The notes under the pieces are model-generated. The model did no database searches. It was not told where the DNA came from and worked only from the letters and a program-made list of their open reading frames with translations. Below are positions 14,236-21,401 of a stretch of 21,401 nt of DNA, piece after piece (position 1 is the first letter of the stretch; every line of letters starts with the position of its first letter). The position numbers were made by a program, and so were the translations under genes. Source of the DNA: an uncultured Solibacteraceae bacterium (GTDB lineage Bacteria; Acidobacteriota; Terriglobia; Bryobacterales; Bryobacteraceae); NCBI GenBank assembly GCA_964515555.1, contig CAZEVY010000094.1, positions 1 through 21,401 of the forward strand, read 5' to 3'.

Positions 14236-14436
14236 TCATGCGGCGGAGTCGGACTTGTTATGTCCGCGCCACTCGTGAAGCGCGGATAGAAAGTCCTCGA
14301 TCGGTTCGTCGTCCGGCCAGACGTCACCCAGGAGTTCGCGAGGGTCACTGACGCGACGCTTGCCCTGCTGTGCGATCAACTCGGCAATTGTCGGATTCGC
14401 ATGGAAGTTTTCGCGAGGATCGTTGGACATTTCCAT
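14236..14436 (-). CDS. small hypothetical protein, possibly an orphan antitoxin-like (DUF2281-like C-terminus) ORF
   Basis: The 66 aa product ends ...LLGDVWPDDEPIEDFLSALHEW, resembling the W-x-x-D-F-D/E tail of DUF2281-type antitoxin partners of PIN toxins. No toxin lies adjacent. Its GC3 is lower than in neighbouring genes. Confidence 0.35.
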   Translation of the reverse strand: MEMSNDPRENFHANPTIAELIAQQGKRRVSDPRELLGDVWPDDEPIEDFLSALHEWRGHNKSDSAA

Positions 14437-14543
14437 GACTCCAAGCCGAGTATAGCATCCAGCCTGCGATTTCAGACCACCCGGAGAGATGTACCGCCGC
14501 GCGCCCGCCGCCCTCTGATATCGTGTGGAGCAGGAGACCTCCC

Positions 14544-14885
14544 GTGACGAGAAGAAACCTGTTGCTCTGGATCGCCGCCGCGGCGACGATGCTGGCCGCC
14601 GACATCACCGGCAAATGGAAGGCGGAGTTCACCACGCCGGACGGAACGCCGCGCACCAACACGTTCACCTTCAAGGTCGACGGCGCGAAGGTGACCGGCA
14701 GTGTCGCCGGCACTCAGGACGAGACCCCGATCCAGGACGGCAAGCTGAACGGAGACGACATTTCGTTCTCGGCGGAGCGCCCCTTCGGGCGGTTCGACTA
14801 CAAGGGCAAGATCGCCGGCAACGAGATCCGATTCAAGGTCTCCTTCGGCGACCAGAGTTTCGATATCGTCGCGAAGCGGTTGTGA
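14544..14885 (+). CDS. small exported beta-rich protein with a Tat-like signal
   Basis: The GTG start is preceded by a GGAG ribosome-binding site. The signal is VTRRNLLLWIAAAATMLAA. The mature part, about 90 aa, is rich in beta strands (KWKAEFTTPDG...TFTFKVDGAKVTGSV...IRFKVSF). It is the first gene of a three-gene redox cluster. Confidence 0.55.
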   Translation: MTRRNLLLWIAAAATMLAADITGKWKAEFTTPDGTPRTNTFTFKVDGAKVTGSVAGTQDETPIQDGKLNGDDISFSAERPFGRFDYKGKIAGNEIRFKVSFGDQSFDIVAKRL

Positions 14886-14902
14886 AAAGGTAAACTGAGA
14901 CC

Positions 14903-16087
14903 ATGCGGAAATCCATCGTCCTGTTCGCGGCCGTGTGCGCCGGCGCCCTGTTCGCCTGGCAGCAGGCCGCCCTGAAGCTCCCGCCGCCGAATCACACCGA
15001 GTCGGCCAAAAATGGACCCCGCGTGATCGCGCGGCCCGACGGAGCGCGCCTGCAACTGCCCCAGGGCTTCCAGATCGAGGAGTACGCCTCGGGCTTCCAG
15101 CGGCCGCGCTTCATGGAGACCGGACCGGGCGGCGAGATCCTGCTGAGCGACATGACGAACAAAGGCGTCGTCTACGTGCTCCAGGACAAGGACAAGAACT
15201 TCCAGGCCGAGGAGCGCAAGGCCCTGATCGAAGGACTCGATCGTCCCTACGGCATGGCGTTCTGGAAGGACTACCTGTACGTCGCCGAGGCCACCGCGGT
15301 GAAGCGCTACAAGTACGACCGCAAGGCGATGAGCGCCGGCCCCGGCGAGATGGTGGTCGACATGAAGGACTTCGCCAAGGGGCACATCACGCGCACGGTG
15401 CTGTTCGACGCCAAGGGCGAGAAGATGTACGTGGCGGTCGGGTCGCAGTCGAACGTCGACAAGGGGGAAGACCCCAAGCGCGCCGCGATTAACCGCTACA
15501 ATCCCGACGGCACCGGCCACGAGATCTTCGCCGCCGGAACGCGCAACCCGATCGGCATGCGATGGTATCCGGGCTCGAACACGCTGTGGGCCGCCGTCCA
15601 GGAGCGCGATCACCTGGGCGACGACCTGGTCCCCGACTACTTCACGTCGATCAAGCAGGGCGGCTTCTACGGCTGGCCGTTCGCCTACATCGGGCCGAAT
15701 GAGGACCCGCGCCGCAAAGGCGAAGAGCCCGCTCTGGTGGCCAAGACGATCGTGCCCGACGTTCCCCTCGGCGCGCACGTGGCAGTGCTGGACGCCTGGT
15801 TCTACACGGGACGGCAGTTCCCCGCCGAGTATCGCGGAGGCGCGTTCCTGGCGCTCCACGGATCGTGGAACCGGGCGCAGCGGGTCGGCTACTCGGTGGT
15901 GTTCGTTCCGTTCAAGGGCGGCAAGCCGGCGGGCGCGCCGCGCGACTTCCTGACGGGCTGGATGATGTCTCCCGACAAGGTCGAAGTGTGGGGCCGTCCG
16001 GTCGGGCTGTTGCAGCTTCCCGACGGCAGCCTGCTGGTGAGCGACGACGGCGGCAACAAGATTTGGCGGATCTCCTACAAAGGCTGA
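14903..16087 (+). CDS. soluble glucose/sorbosone dehydrogenase (SGDH, PQQ-type beta-propeller) family protein
   Basis: A Sec signal peptide is present. Propeller-like repeats carry YGMAF, NPIGMRW, GGFYGWPF and the C-terminal PDGSLLVSDDGGNKIWRISY. The length is 394 aa. Confidence 0.8.
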   Translation: MRKSIVLFAAVCAGALFAWQQAALKLPPPNHTESAKNGPRVIARPDGARLQLPQGFQIEEYASGFQRPRFMETGPGGEILLSDMTNKGVVYVLQDKDKNFQAEERKALIEGLDRPYGMAFWKDYLYVAEATAVKRYKYDRKAMSAGPGEMVVDMKDFAKGHITRTVLFDAKGEKMYVAVGSQSNVDKGEDPKRAAINRYNPDGTGHEIFAAGTRNPIGMRWYPGSNTLWAAVQERDHLGDDLVPDYFTSIKQGGFYGWPFAYIGPNEDPRRKGEEPALVAKTIVPDVPLGAHVAVLDAWFYTGRQFPAEYRGGAFLALHGSWNRAQRVGYSVVFVPFKGGKPAGAPRDFLTGWMMSPDKVEVWGRPVGLLQLPDGSLLVSDDGGNKIWRISYKG

Positions 16088-16692
16088 TCGTCTGCGCGGC
16101 CCTGACCGCCGCAACCGCATCGGCGCAGTCGAAGCCGTTTTCGCACCGCGCGCATCTGAAGCTCGGCCTGCAGTGCGCGGCGTGTCACGCGTCGGCGGCG
16201 GCAAGCACGCGCGTCGAGGACAACAATCTGCCGGAGGCGCGGACCTGCGCGTCGTGTCACGGGAAGGTGGCGATTCCGCCGCCGCGCGCGACGCTGGTGA
16301 CGAAGTTCTCCCACCTGCAGCACCTGAAGATGGGGAACTTCGGGAAGCTGATCGCGGCGGCCATCGACTCGAAGACGTACCTCGCGCCACCGGGCGATAT
16401 CCGCCGACACCTGAACAGCCCGAACGCCTGCGCGGCCTGCCATCGCGGGATGGAGGAATCGGACGCGGTCTCGAAGGCCGACATGCCGCAGATGGCCGAC
16501 TGCATCGTGTGCCACAACCAGATCGAGCCGCCGTTCAGTTGCGAGCAGTGCCACGCGCGCGGCCCGCACCTGAGTCCGACGAGTCATACACCGGCCTTCG
16601 CCGACGCGCATAGCACCGGGAAGATGAAGCTCGACAAGCCGTCGTGCGTGATCTGCCACGGACGGCAGTTCCGCTGCATGGGGTGCCACTAA
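16063..16692 (+). CDS. multiheme (heptaheme) c-type cytochrome of the cytochrome c3/c7 class. Start uncertain: no in-frame ATG or GTG, TTG at 16063 proposed
   Basis: Seven CxxCH motifs are present: CAACH, CASCH, CAACH, CIVCH, CEQCH, CVICH and CMGCH. A FSHxxHLK motif recurs. A signal-like stretch LIVCAALTAATASA is present. The gene overlaps the SGDH 3' end by about 25 nt in another frame. Confidence 0.65.
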   Translation: MADLLQRLIVCAALTAATASAQSKPFSHRAHLKLGLQCAACHASAAASTRVEDNNLPEARTCASCHGKVAIPPPRATLVTKFSHLQHLKMGNFGKLIAAAIDSKTYLAPPGDIRRHLNSPNACAACHRGMEESDAVSKADMPQMADCIVCHNQIEPPFSCEQCHARGPHLSPTSHTPAFADAHSTGKMKLDKPSCVICHGRQFRCMGCH

Positions 16693-16731
16693 GTTCCGCT
16701 CACTTCGGCGGCGGCTCAGTCCCGTGCTTCG

Positions 16732-17922
16732 TCAGCGGCCGTTCGTCCCTCGATCCGCCACCACCGCGACCACGTCGACGGCGAAGGACGCGTCTAGCGA
16801 CGGCAGGCCTTCGAACAGCAGCATGGTGCTGGCCGGCGGGCGCGAGCGGTCGTAGAACTCGAAGCGCAGCGCACGCACCTTGTCGGTCATGACCGAGCTG
16901 AGCGGATAGATGGATGACATGGCCACATGGCGCAGCGACGCACCGGTCGGCTCCATCGACTTGGAGAGACGCTCGAAGGCCAGGCGCACGTCATCGTCCT
17001 GCGCGCGGAAGGCCAGCTGCGACCCGGACAGCGCGACTCGCCCGGCGCCCACCAGCGCCACCTGCGAGTAGTTCGGCGAGGAAGCCAGGCCGGGCGGATT
17101 CACCAGCTTCAAGGGCGCGCCCGGCGGCGACTTCAGGCGCGCCACGGCCTCGCACTCCACGAGCCCCCGGGTGTGGCCGCGCTGCATCTGCACGAAGTTC
17201 AGCGCCGCATTCGGGTACTCGGCGCCGGCCAGCCGGCGAACCGCGTCCAGGTCGTGCAGCGACGAGCAGAAGCACGTCGCCCGCATCACATCGGCGGGGG
17301 CGAGCCCGGCGCCCGCCAGCGCGGTGCGCAACTGCCCGATCGACTTGGCCGCCAGGGGCTCGATGTTGAGCAGCTCCTCGTCGGCCGAGACCGCCTGGCC
17401 GGAGAGAAACGCCAGGCCATGCGGATTCACGTCGCGCCGCCCGGCCGAGACGGCTTCGAGTACCACCTGCGCGCCTTCCATCGGGAGCGCGCCGACCTGC
17501 ACGACGGTGATCACCGGCAGCGCGGCGCGGCGGGCGGAGAACTCCTCGCTGACGACCGCCTGGACGCGGCGCAGATCGCCGGTCCCCGCCACGAAGGCGC
17601 GCAGGCGGACGATGTTCGCGCCGCCGTTGAGGCGTCCGATCGCTTTGATGCCGTCGCGGACCTGCTGCGAGAGCAGTCCCTTGGGGCTCATCGGCGCGAC
17701 CTGAAAGGAGAGCTTGCGCGTCTCGGCGACGATGGCCGCCGGCGGATCGGGAAGGTCTTCCAGCGTCTGCGTGACCTCGGTCTTGGCCTTCTTCTTCCCC
17801 AGAACCTTCTCTTCGAGGACCGGCGGAAGGACCAGGTCGTCTTCCTGCTTCTTGCGTTTTTGCGGCTGCGATACCTGCGCGAGCGCGAGGATCGCCAGCG
17901 CGGTGACGAAAACTCGAAGCAT
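16732..17922 (-). CDS. secreted tandem RidA/YjgF-like (endoribonuclease L-PSP fold) domain protein
   Basis: A signal peptide MLRVFVTALAILALA is followed by a Lys-rich linker. Two RidA-like modules follow, the first containing VAGTGDL...FSARRAALPVITVVQVGALPMEGAQVVLEAV. Confidence 0.6.
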   Translation of the reverse strand: MLRVFVTALAILALAQVSQPQKRKKQEDDLVLPPVLEEKVLGKKKAKTEVTQTLEDLPDPPAAIVAETRKLSFQVAPMSPKGLLSQQVRDGIKAIGRLNGGANIVRLRAFVAGTGDLRRVQAVVSEEFSARRAALPVITVVQVGALPMEGAQVVLEAVSAGRRDVNPHGLAFLSGQAVSADEELLNIEPLAAKSIGQLRTALAGAGLAPADVMRATCFCSSLHDLDAVRRLAGAEYPNAALNFVQMQRGHTRGLVECEAVARLKSPPGAPLKLVNPPGLASSPNYSQVALVGAGRVALSGSQLAFRAQDDDVRLAFERLSKSMEPTGASLRHVAMSSIYPLSSVMTDKVRALRFEFYDRSRPPASTMLLFEGLPSLDASFAVDVVAVVADRGTNGR

Positions 17923-17967
17923 CTCTTCGAGTCGATTCTATCACTCGGGCGGCGGATGCCCGGCGCG

Positions 17968-18852
17968 CTACCCCTTCAGGTCGCGGAGGGCTTCCTCGAT
18001 CTCGCGGCGTGCCTCGGGACTCGCCGGACACAGCGGCAGGCGCGGCGGGCCGCCGTAGTAGCCGTTCAGGTCCATGGCGTACTTGAGGCCGGGAATTCCG
18101 TATTTGGACGTGACTAACTGCGCGGCGCGGGCGATGCGGCTCTGCCAGTCGCGCGCGGCCTCGGTCTCGCGCGTGCGGTGCGCCTCCCAGAGCGCGATCA
18201 CCGAATAGGGCGCGGCGTTGGCGTAGGCGAGCACAGCGCCGACTGCGCCCGCTTCGAGCGACGGCTGCAGCGTCGGCGCCGACCCGACGAGCACCTGGAA
18301 GCCGGGCTTCACCTCGCGAATCATCTGCATGACCTTTTCGAGATTGCCGGAACTCTCCTTGATCGCGACGATGTTGGGGTGCTCCGAGAGCGCCACCACG
18401 GCTTCGACGGGGATATCGACACCGGTGGTCTGCGGCCAGTTGTAGATCATCAGGGGAATCCTGGACTGGTCGGCGACGGCGCGGAAGTAGAGCGCCTGGG
18501 CGTCGGCGCGATTGACGAGGTTCTTGTAGTAGTGCGGCGTGCGCACCATGGCGGCCTTGTAGCCCATCGACGCGGCGCGATTGGTGAGGTCCACCGTCTC
18601 GCGCACGCTCTCGACGCCGGTGCCGGCGAGGAGCAGCTTCTCGGGCGCGGCGAACTCGGCGACCCACTCCCAGAGCTGAAGCTTTTCCTCGGGCGTGAGC
18701 ATGACGCTCTCGCCGGTCGACCCGCAGACCACGTAGCCGGCCAGCGCCAGCGCGTTCCACTTCCCGACGTTGTGGCGGAGCTTGGCCTTGTAGAGGTTGC
18801 CTTCGTGGTCGAACGGCGTGGCGATCGGCGGGAAAATGCCGTGGAGGTTCAT
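17968..18852 (-). CDS. dihydrodipicolinate synthase (DapA/DHDPS) family class I aldolase. Exact substrate not assignable
   Basis: It carries GSTGE, TGV, the Y in YNWP and the Schiff-base lysine context VAIKESSG. The length is 294 aa. Confidence 0.8.
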   Translation of the reverse strand: MNLHGIFPPIATPFDHEGNLYKAKLRHNVGKWNALALAGYVVCGSTGESVMLTPEEKLQLWEWVAEFAAPEKLLLAGTGVESVRETVDLTNRAASMGYKAAMVRTPHYYKNLVNRADAQALYFRAVADQSRIPLMIYNWPQTTGVDIPVEAVVALSEHPNIVAIKESSGNLEKVMQMIREVKPGFQVLVGSAPTLQPSLEAGAVGAVLAYANAAPYSVIALWEAHRTRETEAARDWQSRIARAAQLVTSKYGIPGLKYAMDLNGYYGGPPRLPLCPASPEARREIEEALRDLKG

Positions 18853-18860
18853 GGGGGAAT

Positions 18861-18888
18861 GCGGGGCGAACCCGAAAGTCCGCCCCGC
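18861..18888. terminator. perfect 8-bp GC hairpin (GCGGGGCG, 12-nt loop, CGCCCCGC) between atpE and the DHDPS-family gene
   Basis: The hairpin lies in the 50-nt gap. Its 3' arm ends 9 nt from the DHDPS ATG. No SD is present for that gene. Confidence 0.35.
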
Positions 18889-18901
18889 GAAGAGTCCTGC
18901 G

Positions 18902-19222
18902 CTAGCCGACGATCAACTGGTAGAAGACGACCACCAGCGTGTAGAGCGCCAGCGACTCGATCAGCGCCAGTCCGAGAATCAGCGCGCCGCGAATATTCGC
19001 CGCCGCTCCCGGATTCCGCGCCATCGACTCGACAGCCGCCGCCGTCGCCTTGCCCTGCGCCAGTCCGCAAATGCCGCTGGCGATCGCCATCGAGAGGCCG
19101 AACGTCACGGCCACCCAGTTGACGCCGGACTTGGCCGGCGCCGCCGCGCCGCCTTCCTGCGCCATCATCGGCGCCGCCAGAGCGAACAACGCCACCATCA
19201 ACAACACAGCCTTGAGTTTCAT
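18902..19222 (-). CDS. atpE: ATP synthase F0 subunit c with an N-terminal signal-like extension
   Basis: A GAAGGAG ribosome-binding site precedes the ATG. The product has a helix 1, loop, helix 2 hairpin: GLAQGKATAAAVESMARNPGAAAN...LGLALIESLALYTLVV. The ion-binding carboxylate is E in IESLALY. An extension of about 25 aa, MKLKAVLLMVALFALAAPMMA, precedes the hairpin. Confidence 0.85.
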   Translation of the reverse strand: MKLKAVLLMVALFALAAPMMAQEGGAAAPAKSGVNWVAVTFGLSMAIASGICGLAQGKATAAAVESMARNPGAAANIRGALILGLALIESLALYTLVVVFYQLIVG

Positions 19223-19345
19223 CTTTCGTTTCTCCTTCGTTATGAATCGCGCCCCGGAGGTGGTTCCCGTCATCCTCTTGCAGCCGGGCTCACGCGGAGC
19301 GCGGATAAGTCCGGCAAAAACGTCGGTACGTTTTTGCCATGAGTC

Positions 19346-20080
19346 CTAATGATCGTGCGCGACGGCGCCCTGCACGTAAACCATCGTCAGCAGCGCGAAA
19401 ACATATGCCTGTAGGAACGAGACGAACACGTGCAGGCCCATGAAAACCACCGGCGCGAGAAAATACGTCAACATGAGAAAGACGATCGTCACCTGCTCGC
19501 CCGCGAACATGTTGGCGTACAGACGAATCGTCAACGAGAGCGGCCGCGCCAGGTTGCTGATGATCTCAATCGGCACCATCAGCGGCGTCAGCCACACTGG
19601 CACTCCGCCGGTGAAGTGCGCCAGGTACTTCGCGAGGCCCTGCTCGCGAACGCCCATCAGGTTGTAATAGCCGAACGTCACCAGCGCGCAGCCGAGCGTC
19701 ACCGGAGGGAACATGGTCGGCGATTCGAACGCCGGAATAATACCGATCAGGTTGCAGAACAGGATGAAGAAAAACAGCGTCGCGAACATCGAAAGGTAGT
19801 GCGGTCCGTGGTGGCCCATCACTTCCTCCGACTGCCCGCGCAGGAAGCCGTAGAAAATCTCGATGGTGTGCTGCAACCCGCCCGGCCGGTCGGCCGAGAG
19901 CCGCGGGCGCGCCAGCGCGGCGATCAGCATGATCAGCAAAACCACCAGAATCTCGACGGTGATGAAGTTCGCCCACGGCTTGGCGTGGGCCTGCATCCCG
20001 ACTAGCTCCAGCGCCGCGTTGCCTACGCCCGCCAGGTAATTATTGAAGAGCGCTGTGATCCACAGCTCATGTTCTGGCAT
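19346..20080 (-). CDS. atpB: ATP synthase F0 subunit a
   Basis: It carries the conserved stator arginine motif LSLTIRLYANMFAGE. It has five or six transmembrane helices and 244 aa. Confidence 0.9.
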   Translation of the reverse strand: MPEHELWITALFNNYLAGVGNAALELVGMQAHAKPWANFITVEILVVLLIMLIAALARPRLSADRPGGLQHTIEIFYGFLRGQSEEVMGHHGPHYLSMFATLFFFILFCNLIGIIPAFESPTMFPPVTLGCALVTFGYYNLMGVREQGLAKYLAHFTGGVPVWLTPLMVPIEIISNLARPLSLTIRLYANMFAGEQVTIVFLMLTYFLAPVVFMGLHVFVSFLQAYVFALLTMVYVQGAVAHDH

Positions 20081-20447
20081 GGAAGATTTCGTACAGGATC
20101 TCGGCCATCACCGCCGCGCCTGCCACCAGCAGGCCCGCCAGCAGGCCGGTGAGTCTTGCTCCGAAGTATCTCACTATAACATAGCCCCCCATGGCCAGCA
20201 GCATGTAGCGCAAGCATAGGAACACGACGACGCGCCGCCGCGGGCGCCCGCCCGATCCGAGCGACGCCACGAACTGGTCGAGCCAGCGGAAGTTCATCGT
20301 CGACGCGGCCCCGCCGGCGAAGAAGCTCAGTCCCCATTGCCAATCGCGCGCGATCGCGCCGCCGGCGGCGCCCGCCGCCGTGATCGCCATCGCGAACAGG
20401 TAGATTCGGCGGAGTGCGCCGCCGGCGATCGGCCCCTCAGCGTCCAT
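20067..20447 (-). CDS. atpI: AtpI-like ATP synthase-associated membrane protein
   Basis: The 126 aa product starts MDAEGP. It has four predicted transmembrane segments (IYLFAMAITAAG, WGLSFFAGGAAST, VVVFLCLRYMLLAMGGYVIV and LLAGLLVAGAAVMAEIL). It overlaps atpB by 14 nt. Confidence 0.55.
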   Translation of the reverse strand: MDAEGPIAGGALRRIYLFAMAITAAGAAGGAIARDWQWGLSFFAGGAASTMNFRWLDQFVASLGSGGRPRRRVVVFLCLRYMLLAMGGYVIVRYFGARLTGLLAGLLVAGAAVMAEILYEIFHART

Positions 20448-20682
20448 TGGTCTTCGAGAGCTCACGCACCACGGAAACGAAGCCGGCGACGATGCCGATG
20501 AAGAAGAAGACGATTCGCAGGAACGTCGTGCCAAACAGGCGGTCGAGCAGGTAGCCCATCAGGTAGCCGATGAACATCGCCGACGGAATCAGGAACGCGA
20601 TCGTCGAATAGCGGCCGAAGTGCGCCCAGATGTTGTCGGGCTGTTGCCGGGGCGGGGGCTTTGGTGCGCTCACCGCCTTCAT
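20437..20682 (-). CDS. atpZ: AtpZ-like (ATPase_gene1 family) small two-transmembrane protein
   Basis: The 81 aa product contains STIAFLIPSAMFIGYLMGYLLDRLFGTTFLRIVFFFIGIVAGFVSV, matching the G..LDr.fgT.p.f pattern. It is the first gene of the atp cluster. Confidence 0.55.
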   Translation of the reverse strand: MKAVSAPKPPPRQQPDNIWAHFGRYSTIAFLIPSAMFIGYLMGYLLDRLFGTTFLRIVFFFIGIVAGFVSVVRELSKTNGR

Positions 20683-20745
20683 TGTCTCGCAGCGCTCCGT
20701 GGGAGCGTCGCCCAGGGGGTCGCCCCGGCGTTACACTGACCGGGT

Positions 20746-21327
20746 ATGGTGCTCTCCGACGTCGACATCCGCCGCTACCTGGACGAAGGGAAGATCAAGA
20801 TTTCGCCGGCGCCGGCGCCGGAGCAGTTCGGGTCGTGCTCGGTCGACTTCCGGCTCGGCAGCGTCTTCAACGTCTTCGAGCACAGCCGTCACGCCTTCAT
20901 CGACCCGCGCGACAAGCGCGGCATCGAGGACCTCATGAGCACGGTCATGGTGGCCGACGGCGACCCGTTTATCCTCCAGCCGCGCGAGTTCGTGCTGGCG
21001 ATCACCGAGGAATGCCTGGAGCTCGACGACGACGTGCTCGGCCGGCTCGAAGGGCGGTCGAGCCTGGGGCGCATCGGCATCATCGTGCACGGGACGGCGG
21101 GTTTGTTCGACCCGGGCTGGTCGGGCAAGGCGACGCTGGAGCTCAGCAACCTCGGCCGTATGCCGGTGGCGCTCTATCCGGGCATGCGGATTTGCTCGTT
21201 CACCTTCGAGCAGCTCTCTTCGCGCGTCGCGGTGCCGTACTCGAAGAAGCCCAACAGCAAGTACGCGGGACAGGAGCAGCCGCTGGCGAGTCGCCTGGCC
21301 GGCGAGGTCAGCCAGTTGAAGCCGTAA
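20746..21327 (+). CDS. dcd: dCTP deaminase
   Basis: The product carries MVLSDVDIRRYLDEG, DFRLG, GRSSLGRIGI and DPGWSGKATLEL. The 193 aa length is collinear with E. coli Dcd. It is divergent from the atp cluster. Confidence 0.9.
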   Translation: MVLSDVDIRRYLDEGKIKISPAPAPEQFGSCSVDFRLGSVFNVFEHSRHAFIDPRDKRGIEDLMSTVMVADGDPFILQPREFVLAITEECLELDDDVLGRLEGRSSLGRIGIIVHGTAGLFDPGWSGKATLELSNLGRMPVALYPGMRICSFTFEQLSSRVAVPYSKKPNSKYAGQEQPLASRLAGEVSQLKP

Positions 21328-21401
21328 CGGCGGCGCGCCCGGAAATCGCGGGCATTTCCAGGTGGAGTCGCGCGAGGCTGGCGCAATCCGCGGCGAGTAC
21401 C

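Noticed and set aside
14798-16390. 530-aa minus-strand ORF
   Set aside because: It is antisense to the SGDH and cytochrome genes, which carry unmistakable motifs.
16927-18760. 396-aa plus-strand ORF and 589-aa minus-strand ORF overlapping the RidA-like and DHDPS genes
   Set aside because: They are alternate-frame or antisense Arg-rich translations. The DHDPS and RidA frames carry the family motifs.

Overview
This is a GC-rich (about 68%) bacterial chromosomal segment. Gene content and architecture are consistent with an Acidobacteria-like soil bacterium, which is an inference. It starts with an arginine biosynthesis and regulation operon, argF-argG-argH-argR, in which argH and argR share an ATGA overlap. 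An unusually AT-rich stretch carrying an iteron-like repeat array follows. Next comes a small accessory islet: a vapC PIN toxin with a Phd/YefM antitoxin, flanked by a near-consensus sigma70 promoter that faces a degenerate, chimeric tRNA-like element. After these come an SPFH/band-7 protein with a triplicated N-terminal motif and a large membrane Ser/Thr kinase with a C-terminal TPR region. Immediately upstream of the kinase are two small secreted Cys-rich peptide genes, one of which ends in ...GCCGSGCC. Divergent from these is a four-gene module: a DUF5668-like mini membrane protein, a LiaF-like toastrack protein, a LytS-type histidine kinase and a LytTR regulator, joined by GTGA overlaps. 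The window then holds an orphan antitoxin-like ORF and a secreted redox trio of a Tat-signal small protein, an SGDH beta-propeller dehydrogenase and a heptaheme c-type cytochrome that has no ATG and overlaps its neighbour. It ends with a secreted tandem RidA-like protein, a DHDPS-family aldolase, a truncated ATP synthase operon atpZ-atpI-atpB-atpE with no atpF downstream, and dcd. The long Arg/Pro-rich ORFs in the six-frame track are antisense or alternate-frame artefacts of the GC-rich genes.
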